Positions 38,156-50,347 of a stretch of DNA of 64,000 nucleotides are shown here, in pieces. Both the position numbers and the translations under genes were made by a program. How positions within the stretch are numbered: the stretch's first letter is position 1; every line of letters starts with the position of its first letter. Below the pieces are notes generated by a model that saw only the letters and a list, made by a program, of their open reading frames with translations, made no database searches and had not been told where the DNA came from. The DNA comes from Paraphysomonas bandaiensis (lineage: Eukaryota > Protista > Chrysophyceae): positions 62,001 through 126,000 of the forward strand of contig CBFFRP010000065.1 in NCBI GenBank assembly GCA_965644295.1. The letters are read 5' to 3'.

Positions 38156-39790
38156 CTATGCTATTGCAATCAGGTTTAGCAGTACAGTTCTGGTTAGATG
38201 CGTATTATGCCGCCCTTTAGACTCGACTTCCCACCAAGACGGACAACGGGTATAATCTCCATATGAGTGCGTGACAGGACATTCACCTAGTCTCTGATTT
38301 TTTAGAGTATGGGGGTGTAGAGCATGCGATGACTCCTCGTGCCTGTCAGCCTTAGGAGTCAACACATATGTTCTACACCCCCATACTCGAAAAAAATTGA
38401 ACTGTTTTATATCTCCTCCGGAAACTTCTGTAAACGGCACAAGCGCCCTGCTGCCTGCCTTCTTCTTATGTGTGTCTTCTGAGTTCGCTGATGCAGTCCT
38501 TTGACCCAGAATATCTTGCTCGGATGATGAGTGAGTTTGAGCGCGTAACGCTCTCCTCCACGTGCAGGGCTGTTTAGAAAAACTTGCACATCAGCAGATA
38601 AATCGGACTTGATAGCTGAAGGAAGTTTCGTCCGAAATGAATCCCTAGTAATTTTCGATCTTGCGCATAGACTACTGGGGCAGGATCTCTTTAACGTAAT
38701 ATGACTAATGTTTCCTCTTCAGGTTGGAGCCAGTAAATAACATCCTTCTGTCAGGGCTCCCTTGTTGAAGTACTCAAGCCTTTTATACGATAACTCCAGT
38801 TCATCTTCTCAGTACTGATCAGTCAAATTCAATTCTCGTGCTTCGTTACTGGAGACATCTGGTTAAGTCAGTATCTTTGCGTGGTACCGCAGTCATTTCA
38901 TTTATCATAGTTCCCTGCAATACTGTCGCTCTAGTATTATGATCAACAATCTGAATTCCATTCCAAACGACGAATTCGTATCCCATATCATTTAGTCTTT
39001 TCCTGAGCGTAAGAACCGATTTATGTCCGAATACAGTTCTATGTTGCTCCAAGCATTCGCACTTCTTGTAGCAGTTACATTAATCTCAATTCCTTTCTTG
39101 GAGCCTCTGACAACTCTATCTGTGTGTGACATGTCATCAAATATATTCTGGTCATTCACCAGAACAGCATATATCAATATATGTATAGTGTACATGATCA
39201 ATCAACAGAACTAGCAGCAGCATTTGGCCATAACATCTCCACTTCCCTCCGAGCACACGAGTTCCACTAATTTGAGAAATCCATAACCACCCTGCTCCGC
39301 CCCCTATACGAAGGAGGGATCAGGATTGTCAATGATAGGGGACAGAGACATCACAACTGCCCTTTTCTCCCCACCCAATCGCAGTCCCCCCATGAGACTT
39401 CACAACGCCGCCATTTCTCCTGACATGCATTCATACTGAACATACTTACCCTACTCAACTTCACCACCACCCCACGACGCCCACCCGCTCGGCGTGCCCC
39501 GTTGCGGCCTCACCCTGCCCCACATACATACGACAGATGCTTCTACCCGTTCAACCACCATCCTCCACATGCCACACATTCATCTCACTCACTACTCTTC
39601 AAACTCGCATCGACCTTACACCCTCGAGCGACCACCTCCACCGACCAGCGTTACAGGTGTGTTACCCAAAGGACGATCACCTGACTAGGTATCAACTTCG
39701 GAACGGTTGCACCATGGTGCTTGCAGCAGTGCACAAGCAGTGAGTGTTTCTCTTAGGTCTATTATTGCACCAATGTATTAAACTACAATA
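38156..39790 (-). mobile_element. Degenerate, deleted copia relic with LTR end and PBS
   Basis: FFRVWGCRTYVLTPKADR matches LRKWGCKAYVLTPKADR of the young element; RLNDMGYEF resembles MLRSMGYGL. The junction ...GCAAGCACCA|TGGTGCAACCG at 39715/39714 is an LTR CA end followed by a PBS. Confidence 0.8.
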
Positions 39791-40073
39791 GTATTGTTAG
39801 ACTGTCAATAAAACTATTGTAATAGTTTGCTCCCAGAAATAAGATTTATAGCTGTTCTCCGCATGACGAAGAGGAACGTCTGTTTTATTTTCGATATCAA
39901 TACATTCAGAAATCAATGCCATGGTGAGGTTACAAGAATCCCTGCGTATCTCTATGAAGCATACACGGGTGGGAGTAAGAGGATGAGACTCACATCATCT
40001 GCACTCATTCAATATGCAGAGTGTCGTGACATCCCTTGAAATACATCACCTGCACCTGTGAGTCTGTCAGTCG

Positions 40074-40138
40074 ATACACTATACACTATACACTGTACCT
40101 ATACACTGTACCTATACACTATACACTATACACTATAC
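40074..40138. repeat. Short tandem repeat (ATACACT)n with GTACCT variants
   Basis: Directly visible in the sequence. Confidence 0.85.
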
Positions 40139-40707
40139 GTGTATATGTTGCTACTAAATCTGAAGTGTTTCCCTGTGAATCTTCAGCACTGTGCTGATAG
40201 ACTTCGATAACTTCATAAGATTGGAATCATATGAATGTAGGGGTTTATACACTGCAGTGTGTCTTGCTTGTATGGAGTAGAGTGAGAATATCCGGATATT
40301 GGGGTAAAACAGATTTTCCTACTGGTGTGTGTTGGATTTTGAGGTATAAAAATCGGGATAAAAAGTAGAAAAAACACTCAATAAAACAACAAAAAGTTTT
40401 CAGTGATGAATTTAGAAATCCTATTTTCTGGGAATATCGGGAGTTTTTATGTCATTTTTGGATGAAAAGTGGGTGTAACGGGCAAATTCCTACTGCTCTG
40501 TACAGTATACATGTATGTATATGCTCTCACATGATTCTGTTAGAGGGTATACTTGATAGTAAACTCACTCTATGACACTTGGTTGTATATTACCCTGTCT
40601 GTTATCCCTTCTCTTTCATCTCTGTTAATCGGTATGAAGAAGGGCTATATATTTCATTGTGAAGATAGTGTATGACGAGCTACTGTACGTATCATTCACA
40701 GGTCGAC

Positions 40708-42563
40708 ATGCATATGGTTATAAGTGGTGATATGGGGGAAGATCTCCTTGACGCATTGATATCTAATGACCAGGATTATGCTCGATGGATCATTGGACGT
40801 GACAAGCAATGTGTGAATTGGCAAGATCCCAACACGAAGATATCTATATTGCATACTCTTGTCTATAACAACAGTTATGATTCTATAAACCTTTTGTTGT
40901 CACATGGAGCTAATCCTAATTGCAAGAATAATGTACGTGTATGTTATCATCTCCTTATGTTTGTAAGAAACGTTATGTAGAACGAGGAAACCCCACTGCA
41001 TTGGGCTATTCGCATGAACAGTCTGGCATGTGCACAAATTCTAATCGAATTCGGCGCAGATGTAAATGCTCCTGATCACTCGGGGTCCACTGCTTTACAC
41101 ATTGCTGCGTTTTACGGGATTCCGGAGATTGTACCTCTGCTATTGTCACATAACTCTAGAACTGACTGCGTTGATATCGAAGGCAAGACTGCACTGACTA
41201 TTGCCATGGAGCAGAGTGATAATGACGCATCGTTGGCTTGTGGAGTAATTATTCGACGATTTGATGATATTGTTTCCAGAACTCATTCTCAGTTATCCCG
41301 TATGGCGCCGATTCCAGATATTGGATCTCTAAGTCTTTCCCAGCAGCCCCAGGGAATGCCAAGTATCCCTGTTCCATCAAAAGTGGATGGGCCAGAGGTA
41401 CAGGAGAAAAAACGCGGCAAAGGTTTGCACACTTCCCCCTTATTGCAAAAGAGCAGTAGCAGTAAGCCATTCATCGCCGGGAGTACACTGCGAGTACAGG
41501 AGTGGTCATCCGAACAGCTAGTTAAATCTTACTCATCACCTACCCTTCGGGAAAGTGCAAGTCCTAAAAAACTACAACTTATGCGCGATAGAACGACTTC
41601 GTTACCGAGGCCGGGGCGGCAGAGCGGCGGAAAGGAACAATCATCACATCAGTCAACCGTTCAGCTCTTTGCTAGCCGTGAAACTTCTCCTAGAAAAAAG
41701 GGTCGCCAACAAGAACCCCCTCGGGACGAGTATCACTGGGCCCCTTTTTTACCTAAAGCTGCAGCAGAGTTAGATGTTATTGTGTCCGTGGAGCATTGTA
41801 ATGGTTGCCACAACCACAACTGGTCGTTGTGGCACAAAGAGGAGTGCTACTGTAAATCAGCCAACAAGAGCCTTAGAGCAGTGCTAAGTGCGATTCGGCG
41901 AAAGTTTGGTGGTCTCCGTGTATTTGCATTTACAGTTACCAAGGCGAAACGCTTAGGGGCGTTGGAGGTAGTGATTTCAGTCAAAACTCCGGCAGAGGGT
42001 AATCAGTGGGAGTCAAAGACAGTGCACTCTAAGCTCGAGACAAAGAGGTGACGAAGTATTGTTGGGAAATATTCGCCTTTAACCTTTTTTATGAAGTTGG
42101 CCAAGGCGGACTTCTATGGTTTCCTCTGCATTAAATTTCATCCATTCGGTGTTGTGCAAGCATGCCACCGAATCCCTATTACAGCTACAAGAGCAAAAGC
42201 CCATGATATTGAAATGTGGGAGTGAGGACCGATTGGATGAGGACGTTCTTCGTTATAATCAATTCGGTATTTTTTAAATTTCGTGTCGTATGTGTTGTGA
42301 CGTATTTTACAGATACTATGTATTCTCATTGGCAGGATCGCTTAAAAAGCAATAACACTGCACCCCATGGTAACACCAGCGAGTTGTATAATGAACTTCT
42401 TACTGCCGATGGAAAGTTTCTTACGTCAATTCCTCCAGCCATTTCAGAATCGAGAGAAGATTTAGAAATAAGCGCACTTAAACATTTTCTTGTATTTGAT
42501 GGGAGGTTTCGTGATGATGAAATATCGGAAGAATTTACTAGTCAATGGATATCAGGAAAATAG
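40708..42563 (+). CDS. Ankyrin-repeat protein with C-terminal Rdx/SelW-like CxxC domain, multi-exon
   Basis: SILHTLV...LLSHGANPN, ETPLHWA...FGADVN, STALHIAA, KTALTIA. Then VSVEHCNGCHNH...RLGALEVVI...VHSKLETKR|WP. The start codon is uncertain. Confidence 0.8.
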
Positions 42564-43143
42564 TGATCTAGTTTGTGTAGTGTTGTATATAGTATATGTA
42601 TATTCGAAATATGTGATTCTTCCCAAACACTCACGTTTTCTTGCCAGCACAGAGACTCCTTAGCGAATCAGTAGTTTTCTACCGATCTTGGTCATTGATA
42701 ATATGCATTGACGATAGTATTCTCTTAACCTTACCAATGAAGTAGGCTTTAGCTATGTCTTGAACCCCCGCAGAGGTTCCGCTTCCATAATCAGTTATGA
42801 GGCTATTTTATGCTTTGGTGTCTCGATTGTATATGCTCAAGCTTGTCCATAATCTAGAATGTCTTGTTATTAACAATAGGCATTAAGAATCTTAGGTCTA
42901 GGACATATATAGTTAGCTAATAAGGAGGTGCCCTTGCTACTGATATATGAATTGATGAATTGATTTAACAGAAGAAGACAATGAGATACCTTACACATTG
43001 ACGATGAGTCAAGTTGTGATAAACTGATATATCGGTAAGGTATATGGATATATGGATGAAGGTCATTCCTTTGACCAGGGAAAAGTAGGTAGTATACTTG
43101 AATTTGTCTGTAGCAGTAGACACATTAATTTATAATGAAGTGA

Positions 43144-43290
43144 TTGCACCTTGGTGCTTGCGGTGACGCACAAGCGCACAAGCAGCTTTCATAGCGTCAA
43201 ATAGTAGGATATCAGAACTAAGCACTAGTTAGTTAAAATATTTTGCTACATTCTTACACACCTATTGCTAATAATAAGATATTCACTACT
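43144..43290 (-). repeat. Decayed LTR plus PBS of the older copia family
   Basis: Aligns with 9872-10020 (GCACAAGCAGCTTTC, AAGCACTAGTTAGTTAAA, CTATTGCTAATAAT, ATTCACTACT). Confidence 0.7.
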
Positions 43291-44417
43291 ATTTATATTG
43301 ATTCTTACTATGGAAGAGGAACCGCTGGTGGAGGTCAAAGACCCAGCTAAAACCTACCTCATTGGTAACGTTAAGAGAATACTGTTGGAACAGACTTTGT
43401 TCATACGTTCCTGAAGAGAAGTAATTTTGTTGAATAGTTTCAATAACCTTCTTTGTGGGTTTACAGTTTTCTGTTCAGGCGGAAACTGCAGCAGATGTCC
43501 CCTCTCAGTTCCCTTGCATGGACCAAATTACCACAATCCCGTCAATTTCTTAACATTCAATTGTAACTTATCCCTTCAGCTGATAGAGCTTGGATCTACT
43601 AACTTTTCGCATAGCTGACAGACATCTGCTGCTCTGCCCACGCTACGGCGTCATCTTAGGTAGCTCTGCTCTTCAGTCTTAGGGGTTGTGGGATGAACAT
43701 ATTGTTCAATCAACCACTATGTGTGGAGAGGTTATCAATGACTTTTCCGTTCCTCCGCAACATCCTTATCATAATTTCCGCGAACCGCAGGTGCCGCTGT
43801 GGTATGGAAATCGGTTTACTCATCAAGGTGCTCATCATATAGAGCAGTACTCCAATGCCTTTACAACACTTCACCACATCCATTGTGCTATAGTTAGCCC
43901 CCAAGAGACTAGGTGATGCATGAAATATCGTGAACAATTCATGTCATGCTTCAGAGCGTTTCTGTCGATGCTCAATGTATCTTCTAGTCATAGATATCAA
44001 GATATCCATGTACAGATATAGGCATCATTGTACAGTTACAGATCCCACTGACACTGGCTGTATGAAGGTTTTCTACGGGCTAACTACGAAATCTATACGG
44101 CCGTCTGTAATCCGTATCTGCCCGTCGAAATTGCTGTAGTTGTATACAGTGTACATCATCTCGAGTGCTTATGTATGTATATGTATGTTATTATGGGTAC
44201 ACAAATTCAAAATATGATCCATTAAATTGACCCAATAGAAGCATATGCAAGTTGAATGACTTGAAATTTAACACTCTTGAGGGAACTTATGATCATCTTT
44301 TCCACTAGTGTAACGATTGATATTTAAATGGCTCCAGTATAGCGTCATATAGAGATCTACCTGGAAGACCACTGCACTGATCTGATAGAACACACTGGTC
44401 GATACTGGGAATATAAG

Positions 44418-47400
44418 ATGATCTCATACACACTTTTATTGATGAAAATATTGTTTTTTTATTGTTTTTTATGTACTGTTCAGTCTGAGTTTGTGACTAT
44501 AAGTAAGAGTTATATAGAGGTGATGCCTCATTGCTGCAGTGTATATAACTTATACTAACATATGGACATAGAATGAAAATGCCCTCTGTCTGGATGGTTC
44601 ACAGGCTTCCTACTACTTGAGACGTAACGTAAGTAGTTCTGGGTGGGTTGTATATGCCGAAGATGGCTTTATGAACTGCCTTGGGAACGATGACAATTGC
44701 AGGAAATCCATGATCCAATGGCCATATTTTTCATCATCTGATAATCATTACCACCCGCAAACTGTGGAGGCCACTGCAATATTCTCCGATGATCCAAGCA
44801 TCAGTCCATGGGCGGGCTACAACTTTTTATATCTGAACTTCTGTTCTCAGGATGGATGGCTTGGTAGGTCGGAATCTCTCGTCAATGGAGCTTATCTACG
44901 AGGGTCTACGATCTTTCAGGCCGCCCTCTCTGAGGTGCTCAATAGTACGAATCGGGATAACGCGGAGTTGGTTCTGATAGGGAGTGGTGCAGGTGCTCTG
45001 GGGATTTTCAACCACATGCGATGGATTGTCGACACTCTCGGATTCAGTGAGGGCCAGTTGAGCGTTGTTCTAGATAGCTATCTCTCCCCAATCACACAGA
45101 CCCAACCCTCAAAGGTAGGTACTGCTGAAATATTTTTTTATGTTTTCTCATATGATATAGAAATTAGTAGATATTCTACCCATTGTAGCGGAAGGTTACT
45201 CTCCTGCGTCTGAACTCTGGGTAGACGGGCAACCATGTGCACTTGTTTATGACTGTATGCAAAGCATGGGCTATATTCCGAGAGGAATCAAAACACTAAT
45301 CATTGCCTCCTCCTTTGACGCTGCTGTATTTGCGTTTCCTTCGTCCGCCTCTTCAGGTTTTTCATTTTGTCGTTTCCATATCGTGTCTTGTGTGACTTCA
45401 GTCCGCAGAAATGACCATTGAGGACAAGGATCTGGAAGGGATATCAAAACTAATTTCTCAGTATGTGACCTACTCAGGTTCTGTGGTCCAGTCTGCCACC
45501 AGTCTCTACTATGACAGAGTCTCCTCGAATATCACAGTGTTTGTCGCAGGCTGTTTGCACCATGTGTATATCACTCCTATAGACCCTTTTCGCCGAGATT
45601 TGAGATATAAAGAAGTTTCTGCGGGGCTAGGACGTTGGAAACGCTCTACAAATTTGGACAGGTTTGCTCGAGTTAACAGTGTGATAGGACCTTTTAGGTG
45701 GTTCAGAGTAAATTTTCCTGGTTCAAGCGTAGAATACGGGGCGCGTGTGAGTCCTGTTCAGTACCCCACAGGTGCCACTCTTGGGGAGATGGTAAGCATA
45801 TGGGCGCGCAGCAACACACCAGATATAGCTGGTGACCTCTGCGGCGACACCCCACAGTGTGGTGCGTTCTGTAACAATGAAGAACTCACTGCGGCCCGGG
45901 TTCCATTGAGAGAACAACTCTTTCGACGGCTGGGGTTTGCCTCGATTTCTGTTTTGGCAATTGTTCTAGTCGTGATATGTGTGCTACTCTTAACTGATGG
46001 AGTGCACCGACGTGTTGGAGAAGAAGGACTTAGTGATGACAAAGACGACCTCGTGAATACTTTTGTGGCTCAGCGGAGGGCTAAGCGGCTGCTGGAGGAG
46101 AACGATGATGATGGGACAGGAGAAATGGTCCCATCTCCTGGTGTGCAGCGTAGCAGAGGTAGTGGGATTGCTATGGCTCGCGCTGCAATGAATATCACTT
46201 TCGGGAAGAAGAGATTTGCGAGACAACAGATGACTTCAGGCTCGAGTGAGAACCAAAAGTATGCCATTTGTTGGAGTAGTAGATGAGTGTTTCTAATGCG
46301 GGTTGTGCTCAGATTGATGAACCTATTGCATCAGATGGATGGACACAGCGCGCTTTGCTGGAGTGGTCTCAAGTACCACATATCGGCGGAGGAGTCTGCA
46401 ACCATTAGCGGGAGTTGGGGGCGGCTGCGATACGGGCGTGTAACTGGTATACTGGTCGGTATTAAGCTCAAGTTACTTCATGTGTTTGATAACTTGTCTA
46501 TGCAGGGACCCTCTGGCTGTGGTGAACTGGCTTATTGTCGGTTATTGCTCGTATAACCTTGGATGCAGGGAAATCAACGCTGTTGAAGATCTTATCAGGA
46601 CGATCCAGATCGGGTGTACTCTCAGGTCCAGCATGTATATATCTCTTTTACCGTATTCTAATGAGTAGCACAGCATCCTATATAATCAAGCACTTGCTTC
46701 TTTGTAGTTTCGAACTTGTCTCAGAGACGGTATCCGATGTGCCCCCTTATTACCACTATCATTTGACGCTTTATGTGAAAAGGGTATGGGCATCTCCCTT
46801 GTGCATAGAGACGGAGAGGGCACACTTGTTCCGCATATGACAACTGAAGACAATCTGTTCTACAGAGCCTCTTTATTTGCATCTTTGCGGAGTTCTGCAG
46901 AAACTATTCACAAACATGTTGATGCTATTCTGGAAAGATGTGGACTTTTCTCTCGCAAGTACACCCAGGTGATGATTACATGAGTTCATTATGTTGGCTC
47001 TGCACAACTGATGCGCTTGATTAGGTTTCAAAGCTGACAGACGGGCAACGAATCCGGCTTCTAATTGGTAATAGTATGGAGTTCTAAAATATATTGGTAA
47101 TATATACATGACAGGAATGGAGTTAATTGCTAACGACTCAATTTTGTTTTTGGTAAACTACACTTGATGGTATACTTTATGTTCTTATGACAATGATAAC
47201 TGTAGGACGACCCTACAAGAGGATTGGATGCATCATCATCACTGGAAGGTACACACCACCGTGACATGTTCATAGACTTGAGTAGATTATCTAATCGTGT
47301 ACAGTGATGACAGTGGTGCAGAACGAAGCGATGATACAGGGAAAGTGCATCGTGGTGGCCATGCATCAACCTAGAAACGAGTTATTTGAACTTCTTGATG

Positions 47401-49738
47401 ACCTGATTCTCATTAAGGTGGTATATATGGTGGTGTTTTGTTTGCTAATTTAACATGCAGGGTGGAAAAACCATATACTGTGGAAGTGCCTTTGATTTCA
47501 AATCCTACATATTTGATCAACTCGAGGAATCTGTTTACGATTCAACAAGCGATCGCATTGTTGGTCATCTTGAGAAACATCGCGATCTCTTTATTCCTAG
47601 TCAGTGGGACGAAGATTGCGTCACAACCAAAATGGTGAAGCTTGACGTTGTTTCGAAAATAGTGCGTTCATCACAGCTGGTGGTGCCTAGAGCTGAGGAG
47701 AGGTACCTCGGAAAACACGAGAAGAGTATTCAATTTGAAAGGGTCTCTGACATGTTTGTCCAGTTTTGCAATGCTATTACGGATAGCGATGGAGAGCAGG
47801 AGTTCATTCCTCCCGATATTGTTTGTGAATTATATGCGGATGGAATACAGAACGTTTCCGCAGCCGATATTGTAAATCAAGTCAATTTCGTGCTGGATCG
47901 GCACACGAGTGGCGAGGAAGAATACATACCTGTGGGAGTGAATGTAGAACAGAGAAATATATCCTACTTACTACGACGGTGGCTGATGAAGATCACCATC
48001 ATTATTCGACGACTATGGCTTGTGCACGACTCTCTCTTCTATATGGGCTTGTTCGGCTTGGCAGTTCTCGTATACCCGCTGATGGCTCTCCTTCTGATGG
48101 ACGGTGTAGGTGTCAACGACCTATTTCTTGGACTTTGTTTCATTACATTCTTTCCATTTTTTGTTCTTACTCTGGTTGTTCCATCTTACATGGCCGACAA
48201 CTACCGGCTTATTCGCAATGAGTTAGACAGCGGAGTGTATGGAGCGCTTGCTGTACAACTGGCGTTTCTTGGGTTTTACACGTTCATATCTATCTGTGTT
48301 GCTCTGGTTATATATTTTTCGATATTTGTGATTCATGAACACACGAACTTCTGGGAGGTTTATAGGGGGGTTATTATCCTGTGAGTAGCTCCTTCCGAAG
48401 TAGTTATAGTGTCTTATTTACAACTGTAGGAATATGGACATGTGCTTCCATGCGAGCGTGATATACTTATCCACTTTGGTCTTTGATGGTGACTCGAGAA
48501 CGGTGAGCGACTATTTCTGTTTTGAATTTATGTCACTTCCTTTTCAGGTTTTTATTGCCATTTCTGCACTTCTAACTGTACAAACGTTATTGAGTGGCAT
48601 ATTTTTTAGAATTCACAAGTTTCCTGGCGCTGTGAAAGCTATAATGCAAATCAATCCTATTTTTAACACTGCAGCTTCATTCCAACACTTTTATATAGGA
48701 TCATGTGGTGTGGACTATGGGGATGAAAAGTTCTGTAGAAACGCACTTATGTTGACTTTCGGATATGAGCCTTACAGTGAACCCTCCTATGGACTATTTG
48801 TGCTCATTGTTTGGACGGTACTGGTGAATATGCTATCCATATTTGTAGGTGTGTTGCGTAGTTGGATGGAACCGGGAGTGAAAGTTCAGAGGCGTAGTAT
48901 GGATGGATCTGGCAGCCGATATCTATCTCATTCGTTGGAGCACCCTGGGTTCTCCCTAGATAATGGAGCACGAAACGATGATGGAAACCCTCTCTCGTCA
49001 GAGGTTGGAGCCGAAGAACAACAGCACAATATTGACAGTTCAGAGCTCGATCTTGGGTTGGAGTCAGTAGAAAAGGAAGATGTTGACTCAAACCACGGGC
49101 AGGAGAAAGAGGCAACGGAACGTACACGTGAAGTTGAAATGGAGGACGACAGGAAAGAAGAACTAGTGGACGGCGATAGCCAAGAAGCTGATATTCAACA
49201 CCACAGTGATATGAAAAACAGTAATTTAGACATGGAGATTGAGATGATTAGCGGAGAATTAGAGTCAAAACAAAGCAAGGAAAGCAGCACTGCTGGGAGT
49301 ATATTAGATGATATGTCGCAAGTCAGCAGTCGTGATTGTCCATCTCCCAAGACGCGCCCACCGTTACGTAATGCTGTGATGACGCAGGAGTCCATGGCAG
49401 TTATCGATGTAATAGACAGCGCCCTAGATGACGAAAACGCTGTTGTGACCACTAACAATCTGTTTACGTGCACACAGACCGTTCAATCAAGCGGGCACGA
49501 GTTTGCAGAATTATGTATTGTAATATCATTTCATCAACAAGTGAACTCAAAGAAAGATATCATACTAGGTTTGTCAGACTCGCAATTAAGTATGAGTGTT
49601 GCTCTTGTGGATTCGCCAGATGAGGAGGAAACGATTTCCTTATTCCGGATGATTGATGGTGAAACTATTAACTCTAGGTTTAGCAAGTCGAATTCCACTA
49701 TTACTGTTGTGGCAGCAATTATTGATTTTGATTGGTAG
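44418..49738 (+). CDS. Pectinacetylesterase/Notum-like ectodomain fused to an ABCG-type half transporter, multi-exon
   Basis: Signal peptide; ALCLDGSQASYYLR, YNFLYLNFCSQDGWLG, YLRGSTIF, LIGSGAGALG, GCLHH; one TM; NBD GPSGCGKST, LTDGQ, ILFLDDPTRGLD, MHQPR, GGKTIYCG; ABC2-type TMD (IRNELDSGVY, LLSGIFF, INPIF); acidic tail. Exon junctions around 46625-46780 are uncertain. Confidence 0.82.
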
Positions 49739-50347
49739 TATTCGCTGTATATTGTATGGTAGTTACACAGTACATATTTAATAATAAGTACTCCCCAAAA
49801 AGTGAATTCTCACTTGTCTGCCACAGATAAAGTAGAATGTAGTATTTGTACATTTGTACCATTTTGAACTGATGAAAAGTAATATGCTTACATTTACCCC
49901 ATTACGACTCACTACAGGAGACAGGAGGGTACTTCGCCTTTATAGACATTACCACAAATGAAGATAGAGTTTCTATTTTCTATGCAATAGATTTCCACTA
50001 AAATGGTAGCACATGAGATGTTGCTGATGTAGTGATGACAAACTAAACAAGAGTATATGATGAAGAATAAATAATAAATACATGTATCAAACGTAGATTT
50101 GTAACAGCAGTAATGTTGACATGTTGACTTATATTGAAGTGCGAAGGGTATCGGTGATACATAGATGTGCACATCTGAAGTAATAACAACTAAAAGGAGT
50201 TCAAAACAAAAAGAATATATACTGTGACATCCTCATTATTAATGCGTCATTACACCATGTCGAAAACTTATTTCTATCTCATCTCAAATTAAGAAACGAC
50301 ACCGTTATGGAGCGAGTATGCTACGTAGGTGACTGCTTTTAGTCAAC

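Noticed and set aside
41790-41812. Possible selenoprotein
   Set aside because: Both CxxC positions are TGT/TGC and there is no in-frame TGA.
42600-43940. Possible further transposon-derived coding relics
   Set aside because: Only faint similarity (for example AYFIG on the minus strand); too decayed to call beyond the LTR remnant.
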